NCBI RefSeq assembly: GCF_006345805.1
Contig: NC_043009.1
Location: forward strand, 66,898,001-66,962,000
DNA from: Octopus sinensis
Lineage: Eukaryota
Length of the DNA stretch: 64,000 bases
Direction of reading: 5' to 3'
The first letter of the stretch is position 1. Each line of letters opens with the position of its first letter. The notes beneath the pieces are model-generated. The model made no database searches and was not told the origin of the DNA. It worked only from the letters and a program-made list of their open reading frames with translations. Below are positions 26,041-39,760 of this stretch, piece after piece. The translations under genes were made by a program, and so were the position numbers.

Positions 26041-26467
26041 ATGAATGATGGAATTTTCTACGAGAATACCTTACTCCACCTGGCGGGTATCAAGAGAAGT
26101 CCGGACTTGCAAAAAGCAAATTCAATATGAACATCATCATCATCATCATCATTGTTCATTATTTGTTGTTTTGTTTTCTCGTTTTCCTTGTTTTTATATA
26201 TATATATATAAAAGGTTTTCTTTAAGTATTAGAAATAGTTTTAAAAAAGTTTTTTTAGCTACTATTTCTAATGAGTTCAGTATGCGGCAAAGTAATTTAT
26301 TTTACTAAGCCCTTTTATATAATGTAATAATTTGAATTCACCTTAAATGGTCCCTTTGCATACTGAATACTTGGTGAAATTGATTAATAATTAATTAATT
26401 TTACCCTCAATTGTTGAAATTATATATATATATATATATACATATGTATATATATATGTGTGTGTAT

Positions 26468-26557
<90 letters not shown>

Positions 26558-26559
26558 CG

Positions 26560-26740
26560 CTAGCCACTACACATTCTTTATTTTATCTCCTTGTTTCTTT
26601 CTGTGTTCCTTTCTGTGGAAGAGCGTAGGCTCGAAAAGTTAAAGACATTTTCACTTCCCGAGTGTTAAACTAATACATCTGTTTGTTGTCTACACCACCT
26701 GTCTTCGTCTTTTGTTATTTTGTGAATTCTCCCCCTATAT
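26560..26740 (+). mobile_element. Short Penelope-like terminal repeat family with hammerhead-like motif (core CUGUGGA) at 26609-26644
   Basis: Near-identical copy at 36305-36462 and truncated copy at ~45775-45818; flanked by (GATA)n and (TA)n. Confidence 0.65.
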
Positions 26741-26769
26741 ATATATACATACATACATACATACATACA

Positions 26770-26805
<36 letters not shown>

Positions 26806-27005
26806 CCTCGTGTGTACCGTTGGCGATTTTTTTTCCTCTGTCTTCCTTCACTAGGTCTTTGCTTATCCTATGTTTCCGACGAAGAGCTCCGCTCGAAACG
26901 TTAAACCCTCCTTCTTTCCTTCTTTCCTGAGCGTCCAATAATACTATATTTGTTCCACATCCTCGCGTTGCTGTGATTTTTGTGATTTCTTGTTTAGATT
27001 AATTT
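26806..27005 (+). mobile_element. Short Penelope-like terminal repeat with hammerhead-like motif (core CCGACGA) at 26872-26906
   Basis: gttt-CCGACGA-a-gagc tcc gctc-GAA-A cg U-U-aaac; flanked by TA/TACA repeats. Confidence 0.6.
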
Positions 27006-27394
27006 TATATATATAATATATACATCCACATACAGGAGTGGCTGTGTGGTAGAATAAGTCCTGGGGTTGATTTGCTCGACTAAAGGCGGTATTCCAGCAT
27101 GGCCACAGCCACATGACTGAAACAAGTAAAAGAGTAAAGAGTAAAAGAGCGTATCCGTGACTATCCACTTCTCTCCAGACAATAAGCCTCTTGCTTTCCC
27201 TAATGGCATGTCCGTTTTGAGAATCCTTGGTCCTTGAGATTATTTTCCCTTCTCTACAAGGAACTGATCTCAATTGCCATTTAGTAATTGTGACACCACA
27301 GCCTCAAGAGGAAGAGATAATTTCAATAAATCAAGAATTTATGCTGTATGGTATTTGATAGACCTGTATTTGCCTACCATTTATGTTTTATCTT

Positions 27395-27631
27395 TTATTT
27401 CTTTCACTCATTAGACTACGGCCATGCTGGAGCACCGCCTTGATGAAATGTTTTTGACAAATGAATCGAGCCCAGCACTCACTTTTTTTATTCCTGGTAC
27501 TTACTCTATCGGTCTTTTATGTTGAACCGCTAAGTTACAGGTACATGAACACACCAACGCAGGTTATCAAACAAGAGTGGTGCATAAACATACGTACGTG
27601 CGCGCGCGCATGCACACACACCCCGCACGCG

Positions 27632-27689
<58 letters not shown>

Positions 27690-27864
27690 ATATATATATG
27701 TATGTATATATATATATATATGTGTGTGTGTGGTTTGTTGTATATATATATAAATTTTACATACCCACCAACATTGAGCCAGTGGACATGATTTACTGGC
27801 AACTACGGGTGTCTACCATAAGATTTATTAATTGTCACACACACCACACACACACACATATATA

Positions 27865-27904
<40 letters not shown>

Positions 27905-28130
27905 TATATATATATATATATAAATTATATATACATAAATATATATATATACATATACATATATTTATACAGGCTTCTTTCAGTTTCCGTCTACCAGATC
28001 CAATTCATAAGGTTTTGGGTGGCCCGAGGCTATAATAGAGACAGTCGTCCAAAGTGCTCTGCGCAGTGGGATTGAATCCGGAGCCATGTGGATAGGAAGC
28101 AGGCTTCTTACCACATATCCACGCCTGCGT
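27395..28130 (-). mobile_element. SINE family A with expanded internal microsatellites
   Basis: Tail at ~27400-27570 and head at ~27970-28130, on the reverse strand. Confidence 0.7.
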
Positions 28131-28179
28131 CCATATAAAACCCAAGTATATATATATTTTATTTCCTTTTCCGGCCTCT

Positions 28180-28640
28180 GTGTGCGTCTGCGTTAAAAGC
28201 CATAGTTTAGCCTTTTCTAACGTTCTTTGGTGTTGGTGGCAAGAAGGGCGATGGTGCAGTCTGTAGGAGCCATATTTTATGCTTCTTGTTTTGGAGCCAG
28301 GAGACAGATGATTCCAAATGATTGATGTAGACTTGCAGAAAATTATACAGCAGCGTTTGGAGAACGTTGGAAGGAAATTAACGTAATGACATCTGCATAT
28401 GTGACTGCATGTCTGCTTTGTGCATTTGTGAAGAAGGTCGTGTCGGTTTGGGTTAAAAAGGAGTGGATGAGAGGCGGCTCCTTGCAGTACGTTCATTCAG
28501 GAAATTGCAAATTCTAGATCTGTTGTTTTTGTGTTGTATATAAGCTTGGCGACCCGAGAGATGGTTTGCTTGCCAGCGTTTCTCTGTTGTCTCTTAAGGA
28601 GGTGTTTGAATATTTTGTGTATAAGTTGCGGATATCACAT
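28180..28640 (-). pseudogene. Highly decayed non-LTR reverse transcriptase fragment
   Basis: VLQGAASHPLLFN...HDL (resembling GVPQGS.L.P.LFN) followed in another frame by VTYADVITL (resembling YADD). Confidence 0.5.
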
Positions 28641-28714
28641 GCAGGAACTTGTGATATGAAAATAACACTCACACAGCGATATTTACTCTCTTTCTCTCTA
28701 CCCCAATCTCTCTC

Positions 28715-28766
<52 letters not shown>

Positions 28767-29458
28767 ACATAGATGTGCACACACTTACACACACACATAC
28801 ACATACACCATACACACACTCGTAGTTCCTGCTGTGTGTAATTATACAGGTGATATATAAATATGTGTGTGCACGTATGTATGTGCATATATGTAAGTAA
28901 ATACACACACACACATATATATGCATTTATATATATATATATGTATATATATTATATGAATGATGTATGCATAAATTATATATATATATACACACATATA
29001 TATATACACATGTATGTATGTATAGATACTACGCACACACACTCGCCTATATAAACTTCTATAGATATCCATGTGCACACAAATAAACATATACAATTCC
29101 AAAGTGTATGCGTATGTACGTGTGTGTGTATGTGTGTGTGTGAGAGCGTGTGTGTGTGTTCACGTGTGTAGATGCGGGTGTGCAAGTCACTATGTCTGTA
29201 AACGCGCAAGAGAGCGAGCGTAGTTACATGTGTATACCCAGCTGAGGGTATTCGTATACGGGTAAGAATTCTTGTTTGTGTATGTGATTGTGTGTGTTTG
29301 TGTGTGTGTGTGAGTGTATGTAAGTACGTATCAGAGAGAGAGAGAGAGTATGTGGTATGTGTTAAAGCTTTACTTTGTTCCTAACTTCAGAGAATACTGT
29401 GACAAGATAACCTTTGGCCCAGATGTTGTTCCAAGAAATCAGGAACTGACCGGATATT

Positions 29459-29514
<56 letters not shown>

Positions 29515-29872
29515 AGAAAGACGGTTAGAAACGGGTAAGTGAGAGAGAAACGGTTAGAATAAGAGGCAACACTGTGAGAGACCGAGCAGAAAAAGGAAGG
29601 GTAGAAACAGGCATCTTTATTTAAGGACTATATCCGTCTCTTTCATTTGGAGTTGTTTCTAGACTATAAGACCATACACACACACACACACACACACACC
29701 ACACACACACACATGCATAGACGCACGCACAGATAAGTGCATACACACACACACACACACACATACATAAACGGACAAACACATAGAACATGTATTTGTG
29801 TGTTCGTGTCTATCTCACTCTTTTTCATATATACATACCCACTTATGTTTACATATACAAACACACACACAC

Positions 29873-29920
<48 letters not shown>

Positions 29921-29986
29921 TATATATATACTTACACACTTTCACATACAAAGACACACACACATACACTCTCTCTCTCTCTCTCT

Positions 29987-30035
<49 letters not shown>

Positions 30036-30534
30036 CAGACATACGTTTGTGTGTATATGTGTGTATAATCGTGTGTGCGTTTGCATATAATGTGTGTGTA
30101 TGCTGTATGTATATGCATATTGTAAATACATGCATGCATGAATGTATGTATGTATGTATCTACTTATGCACGCGTGTATATACATATAAATGTTGATCGG
30201 GTGAAGAGGTCATATATTCAGAATTTAGCGAGAAGATATAATATTTGTAATAAGATGGCGGCGAAGAAGCGCGGAGACAACGGAACAGTGTATGGATAGC
30301 AGTGGTGGTGGGGAGGGGTATTGCGTTTCCCCTCTCACTTGGTCCAGAGTTCAATTATGACCTGAACCGATTTCACATTGCAGTCGTCTAGGAAACGGAC
30401 CGGCATCTCTACCTTCTTGAAATAGCAGTTATGTCCTACTCAAATCACGCGCTTGATCCGGAAGAAATGAACGATCCATTAGGACAATGTAGTTCTGGGT
30501 AAAGAAAAAAAACTGTTTTAAAATTTGAGATTAC

Positions 30535-31066
30535 ATAGACTGTATTTTACGTAGGATATGGGCAGTTCCCATGAGAACTATCTTTTGAATTTCTGCCATT
30601 TTGGGGTTTCCCAGTATCTGAGCTAGGTAGGAATCAGCCCCTTTTGCTATCATTCTTAGGGCACCTATGACAACAGGTATTGTTTTAGTCATGAGGTTCC
30701 ACATTTTGCTAATTTATGCTTCAAGATCTTTATACTTGATCAGTTTTTGGTAGATCTTGACAGATACATTTATATCGATTGGGACAGTCATATCAATGAG
30801 GAGGCATGATTTTTGTCTGAAGTTTTTCAATATAATGTCTGGCCTATTTGCATCTATCTTCCTGTCAGTTTGAATGGTGAAGTTCCAGAGCAGTGAGATG
30901 TGATCATTTTCAAGCACTGGTTTGTGTTCCTACCAGTTTTTATCATGGGGCAGGTGTAGGGTTTTTGCAAATTACCCAGTTAATAGATTGTGCTGCTCTA
31001 TCAGGCCTGTTGAGATACTCTGTTGGCGCAAGAAGACTTCACATGGAGACATGATCAATGGTTTCA
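30535..31066 (-). pseudogene. R4/Dong-like non-LTR retrotransposon 3' fragment (CCHC remnant plus restriction-like endonuclease)
   Basis: ETIDH, LLWNFTIQTDRKIDANRPDII, LIDMTVP, KYKDL, IPVVIGAL and IQKIVLMGTAHILRK. Confidence 0.85.
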
Positions 31067-31355
31067 TTATTATTAGTTAGTAGTTTTATTTTTATAGCGT
31101 GCGTTCACTTCACTACCGAGCGCAGCTCTGTGTGCCTTGGGTATGTGCTGTGATTTGTTGTGATGCTCTGATGGTTACTGTATTGAAAGTGTTTTGCATA
31201 GGATGTGGGCAGTGCCCAGTAGTGCAATTTTCTGTATGTTATATGCGTTTGTAAGTCCTGGTGTTTTTGTTATGTATTTCTCTGAATATTTTTTATCATA
31301 CTTGATGCGCCTACTATGATAGGAATTGTTTCTGTTTTTAGATTCCACATTCGTT
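31067..31355 (-). pseudogene. Second R4/Dong-like 3' fragment
   Basis: MWNLKTETIPIIVGA ... IQKIALLGTAHILCKTLSIQ* followed by a TAA-like tail. Confidence 0.75.
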
Positions 31356-31604
31356 TCACATAAAGGCGACACGGAGGGTGATGGTCATCTTTCTGAAGAA
31401 TCTAAAGGTACCTGCAAGAATCGTATCCTCCTTTGTGAGGCAAGCAGTCCTATCTGGGTATAATATTGCTTCTCCTTTATCAGAGGCAGGATGAGAAAAG
31501 GAACCTTAAAAATAGTGTTACCTTCAACAAGCTTGGCATTAACTGCAGATGCCTAGCTTTCCAGATTGTTGCGGTCAACATGAATATAGAAGAATGAGGG
31601 GAAC

Positions 31605-32025
31605 ATGCTAAGCTTTGGTTGTTGGAATGTAAGAACTTTACAAGACGGCAAAGACAGTCTAGAAAGAAAAACAGCATTAACAGCAAACGTAATCGGCTCA
31701 TATAATACTGAGGCGAGCGAGCTGGCAGAAACGTTAGCACGCCGGGTGAAATGCTTAGCCGTATTTCGTCTGCCGTTACGTTCTGAGTTCAAATTCCGCC
31801 GAGGTAGACTTTACCTTTCATCCTTTCGGGGTCGATAAATTAAGTACCAGTTACGCACTGGGGCCGATGTAATCGACTTAATCCGTTTGTCTGTCCTTGT
31901 TTGTCCTCTCTGTGTTTAGCCCCTTGTGGGTAGTAAAGAAATAGGCTCATATAATACTGATATTCTTGCTCTAAGTGGAACCAGGCCTGCGGACGTTGGT
32001 GAATTACAAGTTGGAAGTGGTTATA
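31605..32025 (+). pseudogene. RTE-type LINE apurinic endonuclease N-terminus, split by a SINE
   Basis: LSFGCWNVRTLQD...ERKTALTANVIGSYNT | DILALSGTR...GSGYT. Confidence 0.75.
31712..31943 (+). mobile_element. SINE family B, full length with 17-bp TSD
   Basis: TSD GGCTCATATAATACTGA at 31695-31711 and 31944-31960. Confidence 0.9.
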
Positions 32026-32088
32026 CATCATCATCGTCGTCGTCGTCATCATCATCATCATCATCACCATCATCATCATCATTATTAC

Positions 32089-32124
<36 letters not shown>

Positions 32125-32193
32125 CATTATTATTATTATTATTATCATTATTATCATTATTATTATCATTATTATTATTATCATCATCATCAT
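32025..32193. repeat. (TCA)n/(TTA)n compound microsatellite
   Basis: Read directly. Confidence 0.95.
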
Positions 32194-33565
32194 AGAAATA
32201 CTTATAAATGGCTTTGTAAGCTGTTATATACACGGGCACCCATGCATAAACCTTCCATGTACATGATTTCTCTCGGGCGCAGTTTTCTCCTGCATATATT
32301 TATTTAATCGGAAAAAAAAAACTTCTTAAATATCACTAGTGGAATTTCAGGGATTCATCGTATCAGATAATGTAATATATGTATGTACATTTAGGCATGA
32401 GTATATTATCTTTGTTTTTGTGGCAGCGGACTTGAGGACGATGCGTTCAGTAAACACTTCTAATAAAGATCCGTAACTTTGCGAACCTCTGGTTTAAGAT
32501 CTAATTTTTTTTACTCCAAATGAATGCTTGATTGATAAGATGCAATTTATTTGAGAAACAATCGCATTTCGCTCTCCTCTTCTAAATTTCTGGACTTGTG
32601 TCTATGTTAGAAATAACCATTATTATCTTCCTTTGTGGGTAGCGAACTGGTAGAATCGTTAACTTGTCGGAAAAATTGCTTCGCGGCATTTCGTCCGACT
32701 TTACGTTCTGAGTTCAAATACAGTCGAGGTTGACTTTGGCAGTCATTCTTTCAGGGTCGAATAAATAAGGATCAGTCTATCGCTAAGGTGCTGCAATCCA
32801 TCAATCTCTTTTCCCCAAACAGGGTGCAGTGGCAAGATATAGTCAGTAAAGGTGTTGATGCGGCTGTGTGTATATTATTACAAGAGTTCATATAGAGATG
32901 AAAGAATAAACTCAAGATCTATATATTTACTACATAAAAATATATTCTATTTCCTGGTCGATGATGATACATAGAATCAAGATGTAGAACCTTGTTGAAT
33001 GAAGTAATCTACGCAAGAAAGTTTAGAGATAGAAAATGTAGAAATAACAGCTAAGTGGTGGCTTTCAGTCATGTGGCATAGAGAAATAGATGGACATAGC
33101 AATGACATGAATGGCTCTAAGTCTAATCAACTAAGAAGCGAAGAGCAGGGTTAGTAAGCTGTTTTTATTAATGGAACGCTAGACATTCTAGAAACTTCCA
33201 AGAGAAACACTAAGCTTCTTGAATAATTAAGAATCACGTCTCATGACATATATGCTTCGAGAAACTTAGTAAAGGGAGGTTACTCTATAATCTTTCTGGC
33301 AAGGGAGACCATTCAACTATTTAGCTACCTACACCACATCGTCTGAGTTGTGCTATAGTATTGAGAGGCGATTGTGTATATTTTGTATTGGTTGCATTTC
33401 ACTATTGATCGGGGATTGCACAGTAAATATTGTATGAATTGTACCATAGTATTTAGAGGTGGCTGTATTGGATACGTACCGAGTGGACTGTGAGTAGAGT
33501 GATTGGAGCTGATTATAGAGGATGTACGATTGTGAGAGGTTTCATTGTATTGGCTGGTGATTGTC

Positions 33566-33790
33566 CAGTGGTTTTTCAATCCTTTTTTTTTTACCTATGG
33601 ACCCCTTTTTTTAACTATGGACCTATGGACCCCTTAAATTCTTATTCTACTCAGGCGGACCCTCATAGTCATTTGATGTTTAAAAAATCATATTATTATT
33701 TTTTTAGAATTAGATATTGTTAGGAATTGTAAATAAGAAAATTAAAATATTTTGTATATTGTAGAAGAATAAGCGATTTATTGCAAATAT
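33566..33790 (+). mobile_element. hAT-type non-autonomous element, one end only
   Basis: CAGTGGTTTTTCAA terminus with repeated ATGGACC subterminal motifs; the partner end was not seen. Confidence 0.4.
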
Positions 33791-33791
33791 A

Positions 33792-33989
33792 GGTGCAGGA
33801 GTAGCTGTGTGGCAAGTAGCTTGCTTACCAACCACTTGGCTCTGGGTTCGGTCCCACTGCGTGGCATCTTGGGCAAGTCTCTTCAACTATAGCCTCGGGC
33901 CGACCAAAGCCTTGTGAGTGGAATTGGCAGATGTATGTGTGTGCGCGTGTGTGTGCGCGTGTGTTTGGTGTGTGTGTGTGTGTGTGTGT

Positions 33990-34037
<48 letters not shown>

Positions 34038-34252
34038 CGTGTGTGTGTGTGTGTGTGTTCCTCTACCAACGCTTGACAACGGATAATGGTGTGTTCACGT
34101 CCCTGAAACTTAGCGGTTCGACGAAAGAGACCGATAGAATAAGTACTAAGCTAACAAAGAATAATTCCTGGGGTCGATCGATTTGTTCGACTAAAGGCAG
34201 TGCTCCAGCATGGCCGCAGTCAAATGACTGAAACAAGTAAAATAATAAAAGA
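33792..34252 (+). mobile_element. SINE family A
   Basis: Homologous to 7627-8030, with a (GT)n interior. Confidence 0.85.
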
Positions 34253-36304
34253 ATATCAAAATCTTCCACGAACTCCAAGTGATCACATGACCCCAGTTGT
34301 GAACCTTTGCTGAAGGTTGTGCTGTGTGAATATGTGCTGTGCAAAATATGAGATCCGTGCATTAGAGTTTATTTTGGAATGGTAAGTCTGTGAACTTTTG
34401 TATTCTTCCTAATGAAGTCTTTTTTTTTTTTTTGCTTGTTTTGTGTTCTTTGCTTTCATACTGAGTGCACCAATAATTACTGATGGTATTCTGTTCTCGT
34501 AATTCGTATTTAGATCATTTCTATTTCCAGGTCATTATACTTTGAAAGACTTTCGGTTCCTACCCGGACGCTGTTTAAACCGAGAGGAACCAGAGTGTTT
34601 ATTAGAGTACATAAATTTTCCTTTCTATCTTAAATTGTCATATCTAGAAGATTAATTTTGACCTCTTTGTCAGTCCTGACAGTTGATAGTCGCATCCAGG
34701 GTTTGGAATGTGTTTACAGTATTGTTTCAGTGTTCACGTGGAAAATTCCGAATACTTCCCAACGGACGCATAGCCAGCCATGTCTGGAGATAGATATCTG
34801 TAGACATATTCAGTCTTGGCGAAGACGAGACAGTGAGAAATTATTGTATACTTTATATTTATGGCTTAGTCTGAAAGTTAGCGTCTTGTTTTATTATTTT
34901 ATTCTGGAAGTTCACTTAACGTCCAATTTATAATATTATCTCTGTAGTTTACGACTACGGTGGCTCGTGTATTTATGCCTGTAATAATATTTCTTGCATT
35001 GATTCTGTTTTTAATCGTAGTCTGACTGTTCTGTAAAACTCGTTTCTAATTTTCTCCTTCATTTATATATGTTGTATCTTATCAGTTTCATCTTCTTCTA
35101 AATACTTTTAGAGGTGGTTCTCTTGTAATTCTCTGATTTCCATGTCTGAATCGAATGTTGTATCGTTTTAAGTTTTAATTAATTTGCCTTTGTCTCGTTT
35201 GTTTAATCGCATATTAATTTTCATATCACTTATTGAATTCACTGACAGCTTTTGTCAAGTGTTTCAACTAGAGTTTTGTCTTTTGCATGAAGTTTTAAAT
35301 CATTCACAGACATAGACACAGGCATGGCTGTGCGGTTAAGAAGCTCGCTCTGCATCTACGGGGTTTGGGGTTCAGTCCCACCGCATGGCAGCAAGTTACC
35401 AAGATAATATTGGCGATGATATGAGAGAGAAGAAATAGAGACAGAGAGGAAACAGAAGAAATTATGTTGTTAATGTAAGAAAGTACAAATTGGTAATTAG
35501 ATTGAAAAGTGGAAAGTCGAAGTCAGTGTAAAGAGAAAGAGTGTGGTTTTGGGAGAGAAGCGAGAAACCGGAGATGAATAATTAGGGAAGGAGAAAGGGT
35601 GGGTATAAAACAAGAAAAGATGGAGTGGGGGAAGAGAAGACTAAGCTGACAGATAAATCAGGAACACAGGAGAGGGTTGTGTAAGAGGAAGGATAATGAG
35701 GTGGAGGGTAAAAACGAGAAGGAAACAACGGATAAGAGAAGAGAAAGGTAAAAACAAGAACAGTATAAGGGTATAAAAAGCAGTATAAGGGTATAAAAAG
35801 AATGGAAAAAGGGAATGGACGAGGAAGCGGTGGATTAGCCACTAAATCAGCGTTTGACAGCATATTTATGGAGATATTCGAAATGAGAATGTCTACAGAA
35901 TATTTTTTAGGAACTTCAGTGAAAGATACATACACGGATTCGTACATTTAAAACTGGTTAAAACATTTAAAATAATTAAAATAATTTCGAGTCTCTTAAA
36001 ACAATTAAAACAATCTAAATGATGAGGTTAAAACACAAAATGTATAATACAATTTAATGCTTAAAACTTGTTAATAGAATTTCAAATAATTTAAATTCTT
36101 GGATCTTCTTTTCCATAACACTGAGTAATTATTGCGTTTTGGTTTTTTGTTTACTTATTTGTTTTCCATTTTGTAGAACGAATTTGTTTCTACAAGAATT
36201 CTACTCGGTAGCTTGAATTGATGCAACAAATGAACCGGAAACTGAGAGCATTAAGAATCTTTTCCCTGAAGTAATTTTTAAAAAAGGTTGCAGATATGAG
36301 AATG

Positions 36305-36462
36305 TAGCCACTACACATTCTTTAGTGTTTCTTTCTGTGGAAGAGCGTAGGCTCGAAACGTTAAAGACTTTTTCACTTCTCGAGCGTTATACTAATACAT
36401 CTGTTTGTTGTCTACATCACCTGTCTTCGTCTTTTGTTTCTTTTTTTTGTGAATTCTCCCCT
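36305..36462 (+). mobile_element. Penelope-like short repeat with hammerhead-like motif at 36330-36367
   Basis: tcttt-CUGUGGA-a-gagc gtag gctc-GAA-A cg U-U-aaaga; copy of 26560-26740. Confidence 0.65.
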
Positions 36463-36785
36463 GGCTCAGTGGTTAGAGCGTCGAGCTTACGATCGTGAGG
36501 TTGTGAGCTCGAATCCCAGACCGGGCTGCGTGTTGTGTTCTTGAGCAAAACACTTTATTTCACGTTGCTCCAGTTCACTCAGCTGTAGAATTGAGTTGCG
36601 ACGTCACTGGTTCCAAGCTGTATCGACCTTTGTCTTTCCCTTGGATAACACTGGTGGCGTGGAGAGGGGAGGCCGGTATGCATGGGCGACTGCTGGTCTT
36701 CCATAAACAACCTTGCCCAGACTTGTGTCTAGGAGGGTAACTTTCTAGGTGCAATCCCATGGTCATTCATGACCGAAGGGGGTCA
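36461..36785 (+). mobile_element. SINE family C
   Basis: Near-identical to 4042-4378. Confidence 0.85.
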
Positions 36786-36787
36786 AG

Positions 36788-36837
<50 letters not shown>

Positions 36838-37193
36838 ATTTAGGAAAACAAATTTTCAAATCAATCAGATTTAACCCTACAGCGTTATATGCATCTACAC
36901 ATCGTACTTTGGGGTCTTATTTATCGTATATTTAAATATTTATCTATAAATATACAAACTATCTGATAAAAGTCAATATTAATTCAATTTTGGGGGATTA
37001 ATCGATATGTGGGTATTCTATTTCAGATAGTACAGAAATAACCCAATGAGTATATCTGACAGTAAACTCATGGTATCAGTTTGCACATCACGAAATAATA
37101 CTTAAAGGATATAAATATAAGTATTAACTAAAGTATGATATAATTAATGAAGTATATATGAAGGAACTACACGTGTTTCAGTATTGGAAGATT

Positions 37194-37248
<55 letters not shown>

Positions 37249-37257
37249 ATATATATA

Positions 37258-37273
37258 TACATACATACATACA

Positions 37274-37328
<55 letters not shown>

Positions 37329-37808
37329 TCAATTTTGGGGGATTAATCGATATGCGGGTAGATTATACCCATATTTATAATCCCCTATAAATACCCATAG
37401 ATCCCTGCTATCTTCTTCCTCAAATCACCATTTTAGTATCACCAAAAAAAAAAGGAAGATATGTATTTGAATTTTTCTTGTATGTCACATTTAAACACAG
37501 ACATTTTTATTCTGATGTTTAATCTTATATCTCACATTCTGTATTGGACATATACTTGATTTTACATGATTGATATATATACTAATATTTATAGTGTATA
37601 ATTTATAAATTTTAATTCTTAATATTACAAAGTATAATTTTTATTCTTATTTTTAATTCGTAATTTTTATCTTTAATGTCTAATTGTATTGCTTATTTTA
37701 AAGGGATGTAAAATTAGATATATAATATTTTGAAATAGAACCCGAAGATGTGTTGGAATAATTGTAAATCTGACGATTGCATATATGTATAGTCGTGAAT
37801 ATATATAT

Positions 37809-37859
<51 letters not shown>

Positions 37860-38329
37860 CGACTATACATATATGCAATCGTCAGATTTACAATTATTCC
37901 AACACATCTTCGGGTTCTATTTCAAAATATTATATATCTAATTTTACATCCCTTTAAAATAAGCAATACAATTAGACATTAAAGATAAAAATTACGAATT
38001 AAAAATTAAGAATAAAAATTATACTTTGTAATATTAAGAATTAAAATTTATAAATTATACACTATAAATATTAGTATATATATCAATCATGTAAAATCAA
38101 GTATATGTCCAACACAGAATGTGAGATATAAGATTAAACATCAGAATAAAAATGTCTGTGTTTAAATGTGACATACAAGAAAAAATTCAAATACATATCT
38201 TCCTTTTTTTTTTTGGTGATACTAAAATGGTGATTTGAGGAAGAAGATAGCAGGGATCTATGGGTATTTATAGGGGATTATAAATATGGGTATAATCTAC
38301 CCGCATATCGATTAATCCCCCAAAATTGA

Positions 38330-38384
<55 letters not shown>

Positions 38385-38400
38385 TGTATGTATGTATGTA
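37258..38400. repeat. ~1.1-kb near-perfect palindrome (arms ~550 bp) centred on (TA)n at ~37800-37856
   Basis: 37327-37800 is the reverse complement of 37856-38331 with only a few substitutions and homopolymer differences. Confidence 0.95.
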
Positions 38401-38402
38401 TG

Positions 38403-38436
<34 letters not shown>

Positions 38437-38462
38437 TGTATGTATGTATGTATGTATGTATG

Positions 38463-38501
<39 letters not shown>

Positions 38502-39009
38502 CTGCTTCCTTGAACAAACGATATCTCTGCCCAACAAGAATCATTCTGTTGACTCACAATGTTATTTAATTTCTAACCAACGAACGATGGCTTCCCCTCA
38601 AAAAATGCGCTACAATGATTATGAACAGGATTTGCGGATGGCAATCTGCCGTTTTAGGTGTTTTCAGAGAAAAGATAAGTGGAAGGACAATACCTCGCTC
38701 AAAATCCATAGAATTAAATAAATTCTCTTTGGAATATCTGAACTGACAGGCAGCCTGCTAAACAGCAACTGTTACACCAGCAAGAAAGAAAATAAATTGG
38801 AACCGTTAGAACCAATTCTTACATTCGTATGTTACTTGAAATATAGATTTCTCTCTCTTTTTATAAAACTTATGAATATAAACTATGAACTTAAATGACT
38901 TTTTATTTGGTCAAATATTTCCATCAAATTGTCTCTCTGCAAACATCACCTATAAACTATTTCTCACTTTTCGAAAATGTTAATTTTTTCTTTTTGTTTT
39001 CTCTCTCTC

Positions 39010-39069
<60 letters not shown>

Positions 39070-39310
39070 TCGTAATAGATCCTTAATTACTTCGCACTGA
39101 AGAGATTCGACCAAAATTGAAATAATAGCTTCTATTAAAGATGAAACGAGAATAGAGAAAACAGATCAAATTAAATAATAGAAAGAGTTGTATTATTCCT
39201 CCATTTCATTTATTCCACTAACAAGAAAATAGAATAAGATTCCTAGCAAGATATTTCCTTCCCTTGCAAAGAAAAGGAACAATCAATGAAATATGAATTA
39301 TATATATATA

Positions 39311-39361
<51 letters not shown>

Positions 39362-39412
39362 ATATTGTGTGTGTGTGTTTGTGTGGTGTGTGGTGTGTGT
39401 GTGTGTGTGTGT

Positions 39413-39760
39413 GGAGGCGCAATGGCCGAGTGGTTACGGCAGCGAACTGGCGGTCGTAGGATCGCCGTTTCGATTCCCAGACCGGGCGTTGTGAGTATTT
39501 ATTGAGCGAAAACACCTAAAGCTCAACGAGGCTCCGGGAAGGTGGCGAACTCTGAGGTACTCTTTCACTGCAACTTTTCTCTCACTCTTTCTTCCTGTTT
39601 CTGTTGTACCTGTATTTCAAATGGCCAGCCTTGTCACACTCTGTGTCACGCTGAATCTCCCCCGAAAACTACGTTAAGAGTACACGTGTCTGTGGAGTGC
39701 TCAGCCACTTACACGTTAATTTCACGAGCAGGCTGCTCCGCTGACCGAACGCGTAGGAGT
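39413..39760 (+). mobile_element. SINE with family E head and family D tail
   Basis: Head matches 5045-5170; tail matches 4730-4860. Confidence 0.75.

Noticed and set aside
32850-33320. Solo LTR-like segment
   Set aside because: AATAAA and ...ACTACA are present, but no paired TG..CA ends with a TSD could be defined.
39090-39130. CUGAAGA...GAAA hammerhead candidate
   Set aside because: Stem I and stem III pairing are not convincing.
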